From: an uncultured Methanoregulaceae archaeon
GTDB taxonomy: Archaea; Halobacteriota; Methanomicrobia; Methanomicrobiales; Methanospirillaceae
NCBI GenBank assembly: GCA_963737635.1
Contig: CAVTTL010000001.1
Coordinates: 320,001 to 384,000, forward strand
Reading direction: 5' to 3'
DNA: 64,000 bases
Under the pieces are notes generated by a model. The model had not been told where the DNA came from. It saw only the letters and a program-made list of their open reading frames with translations, and searched no databases. Positions 19,595 through 28,992 of the stretch are shown piece by piece; positions within the stretch are counted from its first letter, which is position 1, and each line of letters starts with the position of its first letter. A program made the position numbers and the translations under genes.

Positions 19595-20872
19595 ATGATT
19601 GAAGACTTTTTTTATCTTCTGCTCTTTATCATCTGCATCCTGCTCTCCGCTTTTTTTTCCAGTTCGGAAGTTGCCCTGATCTCTATTACTAAAGCACGAG
19701 TGCGAACGCTAGTTAATGATAAGAAGCCCGGCGCTCTTACACTTGCCACCTTAAAAGAGAAGCCGGATCATTTCCTGATAACCATCCTGATAGGAAATAC
19801 GATTGTCAATATAGCTGCTGCTGCCATCGCTACTGCTATTGCAATCAGTGTATTTGGCAGTATTGGTGTTGGAATAGCCACCGGTGTTGTGGTTATCATT
19901 CTGCTGATCTTTGGCGAGATTGGGCCCAAGATTTACGCAACCCGTGCCCCGGATACGTTTCCCCGGGCCGTAGCCCCGGTCATTCTCTTCCTCTCACGCC
20001 TGCTCTCTCCCGTTATCTGGATTGTCGAGCGGGTGAGCCCGTCCCTTGGTGTCGGGAGAGATAACGGGGAGCCCGCCGTAACTGAGGATGAGATCAAGGA
20101 ATGGATAGACGTTGGCAAGGAAGAAGGCACCATCGAGCAGGATGAAAAAGAGATGCTGTATTCGGTGCTCGAGTTCGGCGACACGACGGCCCGGGAGATC
20201 ATGACCCCTCGCGTCGATGTTATCCTTATGGAGGATACCACTGAGATCGACGATGCGATCCAGATCTTCAATGAAACCGGTTTTTCCCGTATTCCAGTCT
20301 ACCACGAGCAGATCGATAACATCACTGGTGTCCTCAACGTAAAGGATGTCTTCTCTGCAATGGTCTCCAAAAGGAAGGATATTTCGATAAAAGAGATCAT
20401 GTACGACCCGACCTTTGTGCCGGAAACGAAGAAAATTGACGACCTCTTAAAGGAACTTCAGGTCCACCGGGTCCAGATTGCCATCGTTATCGACGAGTAC
20501 AGCAGCTTTGTGGGGATTGTCACGGTTGAGGATATCCTTGAAGAACTCGTCGGCGACATCCGTGACGAATACGACCGGGAAGAACCTGACGTGCAGAAGA
20601 TCGCGGATGGGGTCTATGTGCTTGACGCCCAGATGTGGGTAGAAGATATCAACGATGAGCTTGGCCTTGCGCTACCTATGGACGAGTCGTACGAGACTGT
20701 CGGCGGACTTTTGATCGACCGGCTTGGCCACATCCCGCAGCACCCGGGAGAGAAAGTCGAAATCGAGGCAGGCAGGATCACGCTTGTCGTCATGCAGATG
20801 CACGGCCGGCGCATCGTAAAGATCAAGTGCGTTATTCGCCCCGATACACACGATGGGGGAGAGAACCGGTAA
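19595..20872 (+). CDS. CNNM/CorB-like (DUF21-CBS-CorC) membrane protein
   Basis: SAFFSSSEVAL, FGEIGPK, IMTPRVD, FSRIPVY, TVEDILEELVGDI. Confidence 0.9.
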   Translation: MIEDFFYLLLFIICILLSAFFSSSEVALISITKARVRTLVNDKKPGALTLATLKEKPDHFLITILIGNTIVNIAAAAIATAIAISVFGSIGVGIATGVVVIILLIFGEIGPKIYATRAPDTFPRAVAPVILFLSRLLSPVIWIVERVSPSLGVGRDNGEPAVTEDEIKEWIDVGKEEGTIEQDEKEMLYSVLEFGDTTAREIMTPRVDVILMEDTTEIDDAIQIFNETGFSRIPVYHEQIDNITGVLNVKDVFSAMVSKRKDISIKEIMYDPTFVPETKKIDDLLKELQVHRVQIAIVIDEYSSFVGIVTVEDILEELVGDIRDEYDREEPDVQKIADGVYVLDAQMWVEDINDELGLALPMDESYETVGGLLIDRLGHIPQHPGEKVEIEAGRITLVVMQMHGRRIVKIKCVIRPDTHDGGENR

Positions 20873-20882
20873 CGGGAAAATC

Positions 20883-21491
20883 ATGGTTGCAAAACGGATT
20901 GTTGCTGTCGCGTCTGGATGGGGCTCGAATTTTCAGGCAGTCATCGATGCCATCAAGAGAGGAACCGTTCCCGCGGCCTGCGTAGGACTCGTCACCGATA
21001 ACCCAAAAGCGTTCGCGATTCAGAGGGCAGAGACTGCTGGCATCCCCGTCACGGTGATTGATTTTGCAGCGTTTGCTACCCGCGAACTCTACGAGCAGGC
21101 ACTACTCGCCGCACTTAGGAATATACAGCCCGATCTTGTGGTGCTCGCCGGTTATATGCGGATTCTCGGGGGAGAGATTGTACGCGAGTATACCGGGAGG
21201 ATGATCAATATCCACCCGGCGCTCCTCCCCAGTTTTGCCGGCATCCATGCCCAGCGCCAGGCCCTCCTGCACGGGGTAAAAGTTACCGGATGTACGGTGC
21301 ACTTTGTCGATGAGAACCTTGACGGTGGCCCCATCATCCTCCAGCGGTGTGTCCGGGTGATGGATGACGATGATGAGGACGTGCTTTCCCAGCGCATTCT
21401 CATTCAGGAGCATATCGCACTCCCGGAAGCAGTCAGGCTTTTCTGCGAGGACCGGCTCACTCTTGAGGGAAGAAAAGTCCTGACGCGGTAA
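20883..21491 (+). CDS. purN: Phosphoribosylglycinamide formyltransferase
   Basis: LAGYMRIL, NIHPALLP, GCTVHFVDENLDGGPII. Confidence 0.95.
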   Translation: MVAKRIVAVASGWGSNFQAVIDAIKRGTVPAACVGLVTDNPKAFAIQRAETAGIPVTVIDFAAFATRELYEQALLAALRNIQPDLVVLAGYMRILGGEIVREYTGRMINIHPALLPSFAGIHAQRQALLHGVKVTGCTVHFVDENLDGGPIILQRCVRVMDDDDEDVLSQRILIQEHIALPEAVRLFCEDRLTLEGRKVLTR

Positions 21492-21589
21492 ACGACTCTT
21501 TTCCGAGTGACGTCTATTTCTGCCGGGGTACCCTCTTTTTATATCTTGGGATGCTGATAGTATGACACCTGCAGGCTGACCCGTTGACC

Positions 21590-21904
21590 ATGAAGGATAG
21601 AAAACGCACCACCTCTGTAAAACCCCTGGCACAGGAGCGTATTGCGGTTCTTTTTTCGGAAGCGGAGAAGATATTCCATGAGCATCCCGGGTACAGCAAC
21701 CGTTATGTTGCTCTTGCCCGGAAGATTGCCATGCGCGAGCGTGTCAGAATCGACCGGGAATACCGGCGCCGGTTCTGCCACCACTGCTACCGGTATCTGG
21801 TGCCTGGGGTAAATATGCGGGTGCGGGTACATCATGGGTGGGTGGCGGTTACCTGCCTTGAGTGCAGGAAGATAACACGGTACCGGATGGAGGGATCCAC
21901 GTGA
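21590..21904 (+). CDS. rnp4: Ribonuclease P protein Rpp21
   Basis: AQERIAVLF, RYVALARKI, RRFCHHC..LVPG..TCLEC. Confidence 0.92.
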   Translation: MKDRKRTTSVKPLAQERIAVLFSEAEKIFHEHPGYSNRYVALARKIAMRERVRIDREYRRRFCHHCYRYLVPGVNMRVRVHHGWVAVTCLECRKITRYRMEGST

Positions 21905-22152
21905 CACCAAAGACTCATCCCACGATGCAGGACCTCAAACCGACGGTCTGGATTGGAAAACAAGGCTGCACGGAATCAGCGATCGAAGAGATCGTGGCCC
22001 AGCTCAAAAAACGTAAGGTTATTAAGGTAAAATGGCTCCAGAACACTGAAGTCGACCCGGAAGCGGTAGCAGCAGCAGCCCGCGCAGTCCTTGTCGAAAT
22101 GAGGGGAAGGACCATGGTACTTGCAGAACGCGGGAAAAATGAGAAAAAATAA
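21901..22152 (+). CDS. YhbY/CRM-domain RNA-binding protein
   Basis: LKPTVWIGKQG..IKVK..RGRTMVL; conserved position after rnp4. Confidence 0.88.
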   Translation: MTPKTHPTMQDLKPTVWIGKQGCTESAIEEIVAQLKKRKVIKVKWLQNTEVDPEAVAAAARAVLVEMRGRTMVLAERGKNEKK

Positions 22153-22262
22153 ACCTCTTTTTGCGCCTGAATGCCAGGTTTCGGTATCTCGAAATATATA
22201 AAAACCTCGCTTACCAATAAGATAAGACTGTTATTTAATTTTAAAAACAGTGAGGGATTTAC

Positions 22263-22892
22263 ATGACGACCGTATATGATGTCCCGGCCGACCATCTTAT
22301 CAGGAAGGTCGCTGAGGAGCTCAAGAAGCGGCAGGAGATCAAGCCGCCGGCATGGGCTGCCTTTGCCAAGACCGGGGTACATAAAGAGATGCCTCCCGAA
22401 GACCCCGACTGGTGGTTTACCCGGGCAGCAGCAGTGCTGAGACGCGTCTATGTCGACGGCCCCCTGGGTGTCGAGAGGATGCGGAGTTTCTATGGAGGGA
22501 GCAAGAACCGCGGTTCAAGACCGAATGCTTTCCGGAAGGGCAGCGGCTCGATTCTCAGAAAGGCCCTCCAGCAGCTTGAAGCCGCAGGGCTTATCATCCA
22601 CGACAAAACCGGCCGCAGGGTTTCTCCTGCCGGCATGGCGTTCCTGGACAACATGGCCCAAGATGTCGTTGCCAATCCGCCGGCGCCAATTCCAAAAAGG
22701 GTAAAGCCGGTTGCCGAAGAGCCAAAGAAGGCTGAGGCAAAGAAGGGTAAAGGCGACAAGGCAGCAAAGGCCGAGAAGTCCGACGATGCAAAGGGTGAGA
22801 AGAAGCCTGCTGCAAAGAAGGGCGAAGGCAAGAAGACTGAAAAGCCTGAAGCCCATAAAGAGAAAGCTGAAGGCAAGAAGCCTGAAGCATAA
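22263..22892 (+). CDS. rps19e: 30S ribosomal protein S19e with Lys/Glu/Ala-rich C-terminal extension
   Basis: MTTVYDVP, KTGVHKE, DWWFTRAA, GSGSILRKALQQLE. Confidence 0.96.
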   Translation: MTTVYDVPADHLIRKVAEELKKRQEIKPPAWAAFAKTGVHKEMPPEDPDWWFTRAAAVLRRVYVDGPLGVERMRSFYGGSKNRGSRPNAFRKGSGSILRKALQQLEAAGLIIHDKTGRRVSPAGMAFLDNMAQDVVANPPAPIPKRVKPVAEEPKKAEAKKGKGDKAAKAEKSDDAKGEKKPAAKKGEGKKTEKPEAHKEKAEGKKPEA

Positions 22893-22907
22893 GATCGGTG
22901 ATGATCC

Positions 22908-23246
22908 ATGGGAGACGATGAGCTGAGTGAGATCCGCAAGAGAAGGATGGCGCAACTCCAGCAGCAGGCCGGCGACCAGCAGGTCATGCAGGAGGAGCTC
23001 GAACGCCAGCAGCGTCTCAAGTCCCAGATGCAGATGGTGCTCATGCAGATTCTCGAGCCTGATGCCCGGGAGCGGCTGAACACCATAAAACTCACAAAAC
23101 CGGACTTCGCAGCTGCCGTGGAGCAGCAGCTGGTGACGCTTGCCCAGAGCGGGCGTCTCCAGCATAAGATCACCGATGCACAGTGAAAAGAGCTGCTCCG
23201 GCAGCTTGCACCGGCAAAACGGGATTACTCGATCACCAGAAAGTGA
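22908..23246 (+). CDS. PDCD5-like dsDNA-binding protein; frameshift near 23183
   Basis: ELSEIRKRRMAQLQ..ILEPDARERL; C-terminus KELLRQLAPAKRDYSITRK* in shifted frame. Confidence 0.88.
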
Positions 23247-23845
23247 TGAAAGCAGGAGTGCTTTATAGCGGCGGGAAGGATAGTTCCCTTGCAGCGATCA
23301 TGCTGGGTACGTATTACGAGGTTGAACTCAACACGTTTGTGTTCGACCCCGCCCGCTTAATCCCGACAATAGAACATGCCGCGCAGGCGCTGGGGTTTCC
23401 TTTGAGAAAACGGGTATTTCCCGAAGGTATGGCAGAAAAGATGGCAGACATGGTAATTTCATGCGGGTATCCAAACGATGCAATCAACCGCATCCACCAG
23501 ACTGCCATCGAGACCCTTGCCGGTGAGTACGCCATTGTTGGCGACGGCACCCGGTTTGATGACCGGGTCCCGATGCTCACCAGGGCACAGGTGCAAAGCA
23601 TCTGCGGCCGGACCGGGAGCACCTACGTGCGACCGCTTCTTGGCTATATGCGATCGGAAGTCGACCGGCTGGTCGATCGGTTCTTTCTCGTGGAGTACGG
23701 GGAGACCGGGACTATACCAAACGGCGATTACGAATCTGAAATCAGGGAGGCGATCCGTGCCCGCGGAACTGATCCCGCCACCCTGTTCCCCCCCAACCAT
23801 GAGCAGTCGCTTGTGGTAGGAAAAAAGAAGTGCAATAACAACTAG
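23246..23845 (+). CDS. PP-loop (adenine nucleotide alpha hydrolase) family protein
   Basis: MKAGVLYSGGKDSS, DGTRFDDRVP, DYE; usual position before rpl39e. Confidence 0.82.
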   Translation: MKAGVLYSGGKDSSLAAIMLGTYYEVELNTFVFDPARLIPTIEHAAQALGFPLRKRVFPEGMAEKMADMVISCGYPNDAINRIHQTAIETLAGEYAIVGDGTRFDDRVPMLTRAQVQSICGRTGSTYVRPLLGYMRSEVDRLVDRFFLVEYGETGTIPNGDYESEIREAIRARGTDPATLFPPNHEQSLVVGKKKCNNN

Positions 23846-23854
23846 GTGAAGAAC

Positions 23855-24007
23855 ATGAGCAGGCTTAGCAAAGGAAGGAAGATCCGGCTGGCAAAGGCAT
23901 GCGAGCAGAACAGGCGCGTGCCCCAGTGGGTCATGATCAGGACGAAAAGGAGCGTCGTTTCGCACCCAAAGAGACGCAACTGGCGCAGAAGCACGTTAAA
24001 GGTGTGA
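23855..24007 (+). CDS. rpl39e: 50S ribosomal protein L39e (below ORF-track length cut-off)
   Basis: Manual translation [50 protein letters not shown]. Confidence 0.96.
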   Translation: MSRLSKGRKIRLAKACEQNRRVPQWVMIRTKRSVVSHPKRRNWRRSTLKV

Positions 24008-24011
24008 GATC

Positions 24012-24278
24012 ATGGCTGAACAGATGCAGGAACATGTCTATATCATCCCCCTGCGGGATGCACGCAGGATGCCCCGGTGGAAGCGGGCAAACGGCGCAAT
24101 CAAGGATATCCGCAAGTACCTTGCCAAGCACATGAAAACCGAAGATGTCAAGCTTGACAAGACCATCAACGAGAAGGTATGGAGCCGGGGAAGCGAAAAA
24201 CCGCCATCAAAGATCCGTGTCCGTGCCATGAAGATGGAAGACGGGCAGGTCCAGGCGGAACTTGCCCCGGAATCGTAA
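24012..24278 (+). CDS. rpl31e: 50S ribosomal protein L31e
   Basis: [29 protein letters not shown]. Confidence 0.96.
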   Translation: MAEQMQEHVYIIPLRDARRMPRWKRANGAIKDIRKYLAKHMKTEDVKLDKTINEKVWSRGSEKPPSKIRVRAMKMEDGQVQAELAPES

Positions 24279-24282
24279 CGTT

Positions 24283-24946
24283 ATGGAACGCACGACTAAT
24301 TTTACCGGGGACCCCAATATCGGGGTTTTTGCCCGGGTAGCAGGCGACATTGCGGTGATACCACCGGAATCTCCGGAGGAATTCCGGGCCGCGATCAGGG
24401 AGGCGCTTGGCGTCGAGCTGGTCGTTTCCACGATACAGGGCAGTTCCATTATCGGATCACTGGTCGCCGGGAACAGTCGGGGCCTTATCGTCTCCGGCCT
24501 TGCCACCCAGAACGAGCTTGCTATTGCTAAGCAAGTACCGCAAGGTCATGCAGCTCTCGGAAACGATGAACGCGGCAGGTAACGTAATCATGGCAAATGA
24601 TTCGTTTGCCGCAGTGCACCCGGACCTTCCCGCTGATATTGCGGCAAAGATCGGGGAGTTCCTCGGTGTTGAAGTGATTCACCTGACTCTGGGGGGCGTT
24701 CGAACGATCGGCATGGCCGGCGTTGCAACCAACAAGGGTGTAATCGTGCACCCACTTGCGACCGCACAGGAGATAGCCCGGCTTGAAACAGTGGCAAAAG
24801 TGCCGGTAGGCACTGGCACCATCAACATGGGCAGCGGTCTGGTCGGCACCGGCCTTCTCGTGAATGATACCGGATACCTTGCCGGTAACGCGACGAGCGG
24901 GTTTGAACTTGGCAGGATTGAGGATGTATTTGGATTTCTGGAGTGA
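24283..24946 (+). CDS. eif6: Translation initiation factor aIF6; frameshift near 24530
   Basis: [16 protein letters not shown] in one frame; [23 protein letters not shown] in the next. Confidence 0.93.
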
Positions 24947-24951
24947 GTACT

Positions 24952-25146
24952 ATGGCAGAAGAGCAGAAGTTTGAAGTGAAAGGAACCTTTCTCATGGGCG
25001 AAGACTGGATGCCCTACACGAAAGTAGTTGAGGCACCGAATGAGAAGCAGGCCGAGGAACGCACCTTTGCGGTTATCGGCAGCAAGCATAACCTGAAGAG
25101 ACGCTACATAAAGATCTCCGGTGTAACACCGGTGAAAAGCCAGTAA
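24952..25146 (+). CDS. rpl18a: 50S ribosomal protein L18a (LX/eL20)
   Basis: FEVKG..YTKVVEA..IGSKHNLKR..IKI. Confidence 0.92.
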   Translation: MAEEQKFEVKGTFLMGEDWMPYTKVVEAPNEKQAEERTFAVIGSKHNLKRRYIKISGVTPVKSQ

Positions 25147-25172
25147 CTTTTTTTTAAAAAAAGAAAGGCCGG

Positions 25173-25370
25173 TTAACTATGAAAGCAGGACGTTGAAATG
25201 GTTGAACGTTTCTTGCAGTGCCTGCATGAGGAATCCCGCGATGCCTTGAAAAACTCCCCTGGGGTTCTGTTGATAATTACATTTTCTGCATAACAATCGG
25301 GACAGGTCCACCGGATGACATATCCGGAGCGTGTTCCCGCAACTTCCGATTTTAATAATTGTTTAGCCAT
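25173..25370 (-). CDS. Small putative zinc-ribbon protein
   Basis: CPDC..CRHC pairs in a 65-aa ORF with ATG start. Confidence 0.55.
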   Translation of the reverse strand: MAKQLLKSEVAGTRSGYVIRWTCPDCYAENVIINRTPGEFFKASRDSSCRHCKKRSTISTSCFHS

Positions 25371-25715
25371 TGTTTACTCTTTGATATGCTGAATTCGCCA
25401 AGGCAAAAAGATATCAGACCCTGGTTTTTATTCGATCAATACTACAAGTGGTTTTTGAAGGGAGGTCGTGGATCGCAGTTACACGATTCTCAGGAACGGG
25501 TGCGATCGCATGTATACCCAAAACCGTTTGTGTACATAGGAATGGGTTGTCCTGACGTATAGTATGTGCGGAAAAAATGCGCGGGGAGAGCGGAAAACAC
25601 GGAACTACTGTCAAAAAATTGCTCGAACGAGATAAGAATACAGCAACGCAAAGAAATCTCAATTTCTCATATCAGAAATAATACACGGTCAACAATGTAT
25701 TATTAAAAAAAAATA

Positions 25716-26411
25716 TCAGCTTGATGCCTCGTTGATCGAGGTAACCGTGACATCGATAGTGGGATAGGAGAAATCGATGGTGATCCCATCTGTTGTCTTG
25801 TTGACTATCTCTCCGATCCTGACATACTGTGGGCCAGTGGAGTTGACCTGCGATGCGGTCTGTGAGTTGGAAACGCCAAGAGGTATCATGTCGCCAACCT
25901 GAATCGATGAAAGACTCAGATTACTGGAAGCCAGCTGGTTTGCCGACCAGAACTGGGTCATGGGTTTTGCGGGTGCAAGTGAGATCGTTTTCTGGTCGTT
26001 TGTCTTGAGACCGACGATCCCTGAACCGATGGTATCGTACTCAGTCGAAAACAGGACGAACTGGTTTGTCCATCCGGTTGACGCAGAGTAGACTTGTATC
26101 GGGAATAGATTGGTGTTAAGGGTCTGATTTGCCGTTATGGTGAGTGGCTTAGAGAACAGGACACCATAACCCTGACTGGTAAGCTGTTCATACAACTGCT
26201 GGTTTGAGGTAATAATGGGGTTGCCTTGCTCATTGAGCAGGGTATAATCCACAACTACTACATCTCCGGGTTTGACCGCGGCAAGCGATGTAATCCAGCT
26301 TGAACCCATGGCTGAAAACACCATGAGAAAAACGAAAACCACACCAGCAATAACCGCGAGAACTTTTATCCACAACTTCTTCGATTTCTCTACCTGTTTT
26401 TTTGTGCCCAT
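25716..26411 (-). CDS. Membrane-anchored FKBP-type PPIase-like protein (degenerate)
   Basis: N-terminal TM; VKPGDVVVVDYTL..G..I.TS and ITIDFSYP echo long FKBP/SlyD motifs. Confidence 0.55.
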   Translation of the reverse strand: MGTKKQVEKSKKLWIKVLAVIAGVVFVFLMVFSAMGSSWITSLAAVKPGDVVVVDYTLLNEQGNPIITSNQQLYEQLTSQGYGVLFSKPLTITANQTLNTNLFPIQVYSASTGWTNQFVLFSTEYDTIGSGIVGLKTNDQKTISLAPAKPMTQFWSANQLASSNLSLSSIQVGDMIPLGVSNSQTASQVNSTGPQYVRIGEIVNKTTDGITIDFSYPTIDVTVTSINEASS

Positions 26412-26641
26412 TCCAAGGATCCTCCTTATCAATTCAATGTTAAACGGTCATAAACTATTCTGATACGACGATAAGCAGGAGCTCCGGGGGGAGCACGAAG
26501 CAGACGCGATGCATGCTGGAAGTCCACCTCAAACGCACGATCATCATTACGCCGGCATCAGGTATCGTTCTTAAATAATCTCCCACTGTCCTCTATGTTC
26601 TACCGATTCCTTTAAAATCATCAGCGCCGGACGCTTTACTG

Positions 26642-27427
26642 ATGGATAAAAAAAAGGTCAAGGATTACATGACCTATGATGTCGTCAGTGTGGATCTGCA
26701 CGGGACCGTCGAGTCAGTGATTGACAAGATCCGGCAGACAAAACATGACGGTTTCCCGGTCCTGGACGGTGAGGAAGTAGTCGGGTATATCGCAGCCCGC
26801 GACCTTCTTTTCGTGAAGCCGGGCGAAACCATAGAGCAGACTATGTCCGGCGAGCTCATCGTCGCCGATCCCGAGATGGACATTACCGATGCTGCCCGGG
26901 TGATCTTCCGGAGCGGGATCCAGAAACTTCCTGTCGTGGATGAGAAAAACCACCTGCTTGGGATCATCTCCAATTCCGACGTGATCCGATCGCAGATTGA
27001 ACACGTCTCCCCGGAAAAAGTCTTTAACTTCATGACGACACTCAAAAAACTCTATGGAGTGGATCCCACCCTCAACCGGGGAACCGTCCCCGTCAGGGAC
27101 CTGCTCCCGACCCAGTCCAAGATCTACGAAGACGAACTCGAGGGTCGGATATACGAGATCAAAAAGGGGCTTGCCGAACCTATCATCGTGGTACGTAAAC
27201 CGGGCCGAACCATTCTGGTGGACGGCCACCACCGTGCAATTGCTGCAAAGAGGCTTGGCATCACCGCGCTTGACGCTTATATAATCGAGATCACCGATAA
27301 TATCGAACTCGGCATGGAGCGGACCGCAAATACCATGAACTTAAAGACGCTTGATGATGTGCAGGTGCTGGATTATGCCCGTCACCCACTTGTGGCAATC
27401 ACGCACCGTCTGGTAAAACGGCCATAA
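26642..27427 (+). CDS. CBS-pair + ParB/Srx domain protein
   Basis: Two CBS repeats (HDGFPV, QKLPVV); LLPTQ..EPIIV..LVDGHHRA. Confidence 0.88.
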   Translation: MDKKKVKDYMTYDVVSVDLHGTVESVIDKIRQTKHDGFPVLDGEEVVGYIAARDLLFVKPGETIEQTMSGELIVADPEMDITDAARVIFRSGIQKLPVVDEKNHLLGIISNSDVIRSQIEHVSPEKVFNFMTTLKKLYGVDPTLNRGTVPVRDLLPTQSKIYEDELEGRIYEIKKGLAEPIIVVRKPGRTILVDGHHRAIAAKRLGITALDAYIIEITDNIELGMERTANTMNLKTLDDVQVLDYARHPLVAITHRLVKRP

Positions 27428-27443
27428 AAAAAGTACTTTTTTT

Positions 27444-28622
27444 TTACGATCCCTCGCACCGGAGATCGAATTTGTCGTTGAGTATGTGCTCTTTTATGAC
27501 CATTCCGTCGTTCACCACAACTTCGGGCCAGATCCGGGTCTTGGAATGGACGATGACATTATCACGCAAAACGACACGGGGTCCGATAACCGTGTCGTTT
27601 TCGATGCTGCATCCTTCGCCAATATGGGTATCGTTGTCAATGATGCTTCCCGAGATCGTGGTATTTGCGCCGATGCTCACCCGGTTGTAGAGCGATGCTG
27701 AAAAGATCTTCGCGTTGTTCCGGATGATACACCGGTCACCGATACTGGTGTAGGGGCCGATCAGCACATTATTCCCGATAGTAGTGCCCGATCCAATTGA
27801 CACCGGCCCGATAACCCGGGTATTCTTCCCCAGTGTTATCGAGTCTCCAAGGTTTACCGGGCCCTGCACCCGGGCGCCGTGCATGGAGAGGTCGCCGATG
27901 ATATCAGTGATGGTAATCTCCTGCAGTTTCCACCGCTCTGCCTGCCGGAGAGAGTGCGGGCTTCCCACATCGCTCCAGTTCCCGCGTGCAAGCCAGCCCT
28001 TAAGAGGCTTACCTGCTTCCATCAGGTGCGGGAAGAGATCCCGTGCAAAGTCAAACTTTTTTCCTGCCGGAATGTGGTCGAAAATTTCCGGACTGCAGAC
28101 ATACATACCGGTGCTTGCAAGATTGGAGAATATCTCTCCGGGCGCAGGCTTTTCCTTAAACCGTTTTATTTCGTACGTGACGTCAATTTCGGCAATGCCA
28201 TATTCCCCGGGGTCATCGATCGATATGAGACCGATGGTGGTTATGGCCTTTTCTTTCTGGTGGACCCGATAGAATTCAAGGACATTGAGATCGGTCACAT
28301 GATCTCCGCCGACGATAAGAAAATCCTGGTCGTCAAGATATTTTTTCGCGTTCCTGACACTTCCGGCTGTACCAAGCTTGGTCTTCTCGTGGACATAGGT
28401 AATATCGACGCCGAAAAGGGAGCCATCGCCGAGTGCTTCTTCTATATCCTTTCCCATGTACCCCAGAGTCATCACGACTTCGCGGAATCCCAGGTTGGAA
28501 AGATGGGAAACAAGGTGCTGGACAGAGGGTCGGTTAACTATAGGGATGCAGGGTTTCGGACGTTCGAACGTGAGGGGTCGAAGGCGTGTCCCTTCGCCCC
28601 CGCACATAATACACACCTTCAT
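27444..28622 (-). CDS. Sugar-1-phosphate nucleotidyltransferase (NDP-sugar synthase) with left-handed beta-helix
   Basis: GGEGTRLRPLTFERPKP, LGTAG, FKEKP; hexapeptide repeats. Confidence 0.92.
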   Translation of the reverse strand: MKVCIMCGGEGTRLRPLTFERPKPCIPIVNRPSVQHLVSHLSNLGFREVVMTLGYMGKDIEEALGDGSLFGVDITYVHEKTKLGTAGSVRNAKKYLDDQDFLIVGGDHVTDLNVLEFYRVHQKEKAITTIGLISIDDPGEYGIAEIDVTYEIKRFKEKPAPGEIFSNLASTGMYVCSPEIFDHIPAGKKFDFARDLFPHLMEAGKPLKGWLARGNWSDVGSPHSLRQAERWKLQEITITDIIGDLSMHGARVQGPVNLGDSITLGKNTRVIGPVSIGSGTTIGNNVLIGPYTSIGDRCIIRNNAKIFSASLYNRVSIGANTTISGSIIDNDTHIGEGCSIENDTVIGPRVVLRDNVIVHSKTRIWPEVVVNDGMVIKEHILNDKFDLRCEGS

Positions 28623-28701
28623 GGTTCAAACCTTAGTGTTGAATTATTTTAAGTATAGTGGCCGTGATACTCATAAAGAAAAGACCTTTTGGTGATCTGA
28701 T

Positions 28702-28956
28702 ACGGACCGGGAACTTAGTGTAACTGGAGGCACGGTTCAATGCCTTCCCGACAAACAGCAAACGGTTGAGCACTGCCGGTTCTGCATCCACTGCCGGGAA
28801 TTCAAGGTAAATGGCCAGTACGTGAAATCCCCGTCTCTTGCCTACTGCGTGAAGTGCCGGGTGACCGGTGACGTGGATCTCTCTACCGTGCAGGCAGTCC
28901 GTTGCGCGGACCGGCAGAGTGAGGGTTTCCACAGCTTCACCGATATCATAGGATGA
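28702..28956 (+). CDS. Unannotated 84-aa Cys-rich protein, apparent ACG start
   Basis: Open frame (T/M)DRELSVTGGTVQCLPDKQQTVEHCRFCIHCREF..LAYCVKCRV..VRCADRQSEGFHSFTDIIG*; GGTGA SD-like motif at 28691-28695; fills intergenic gap. Confidence 0.6.
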   Translation, partial: TDRELSVTGGTVQCLPDKQQTVEHCRFCIHCREFKVNGQYVKSPSLAYCVKCRVTGDVDLSTVQAVRCADRQSEGFHSFTDIIG

Positions 28957-28992
28957 TGAAACAAAACAGCACCGGTCACACCTGAGCTGGGC

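Noticed and set aside
20910-20930. PurN SGWGSN instead of the more usual SGxGSN with a small or basic residue
   Set aside because: Variable position and a single base change; catalytic motifs intact
26460-26600. Possible C/D-box sRNA in the divergent intergenic region (ATGATGA on the - strand)
   Set aside because: No properly placed CTGA D box or terminal stem
28953-28985. ATGATGA..CTGA pair resembling C and D boxes
   Set aside because: Too short for a guide RNA and explained by tandem stop codons of the Cys-rich ORF
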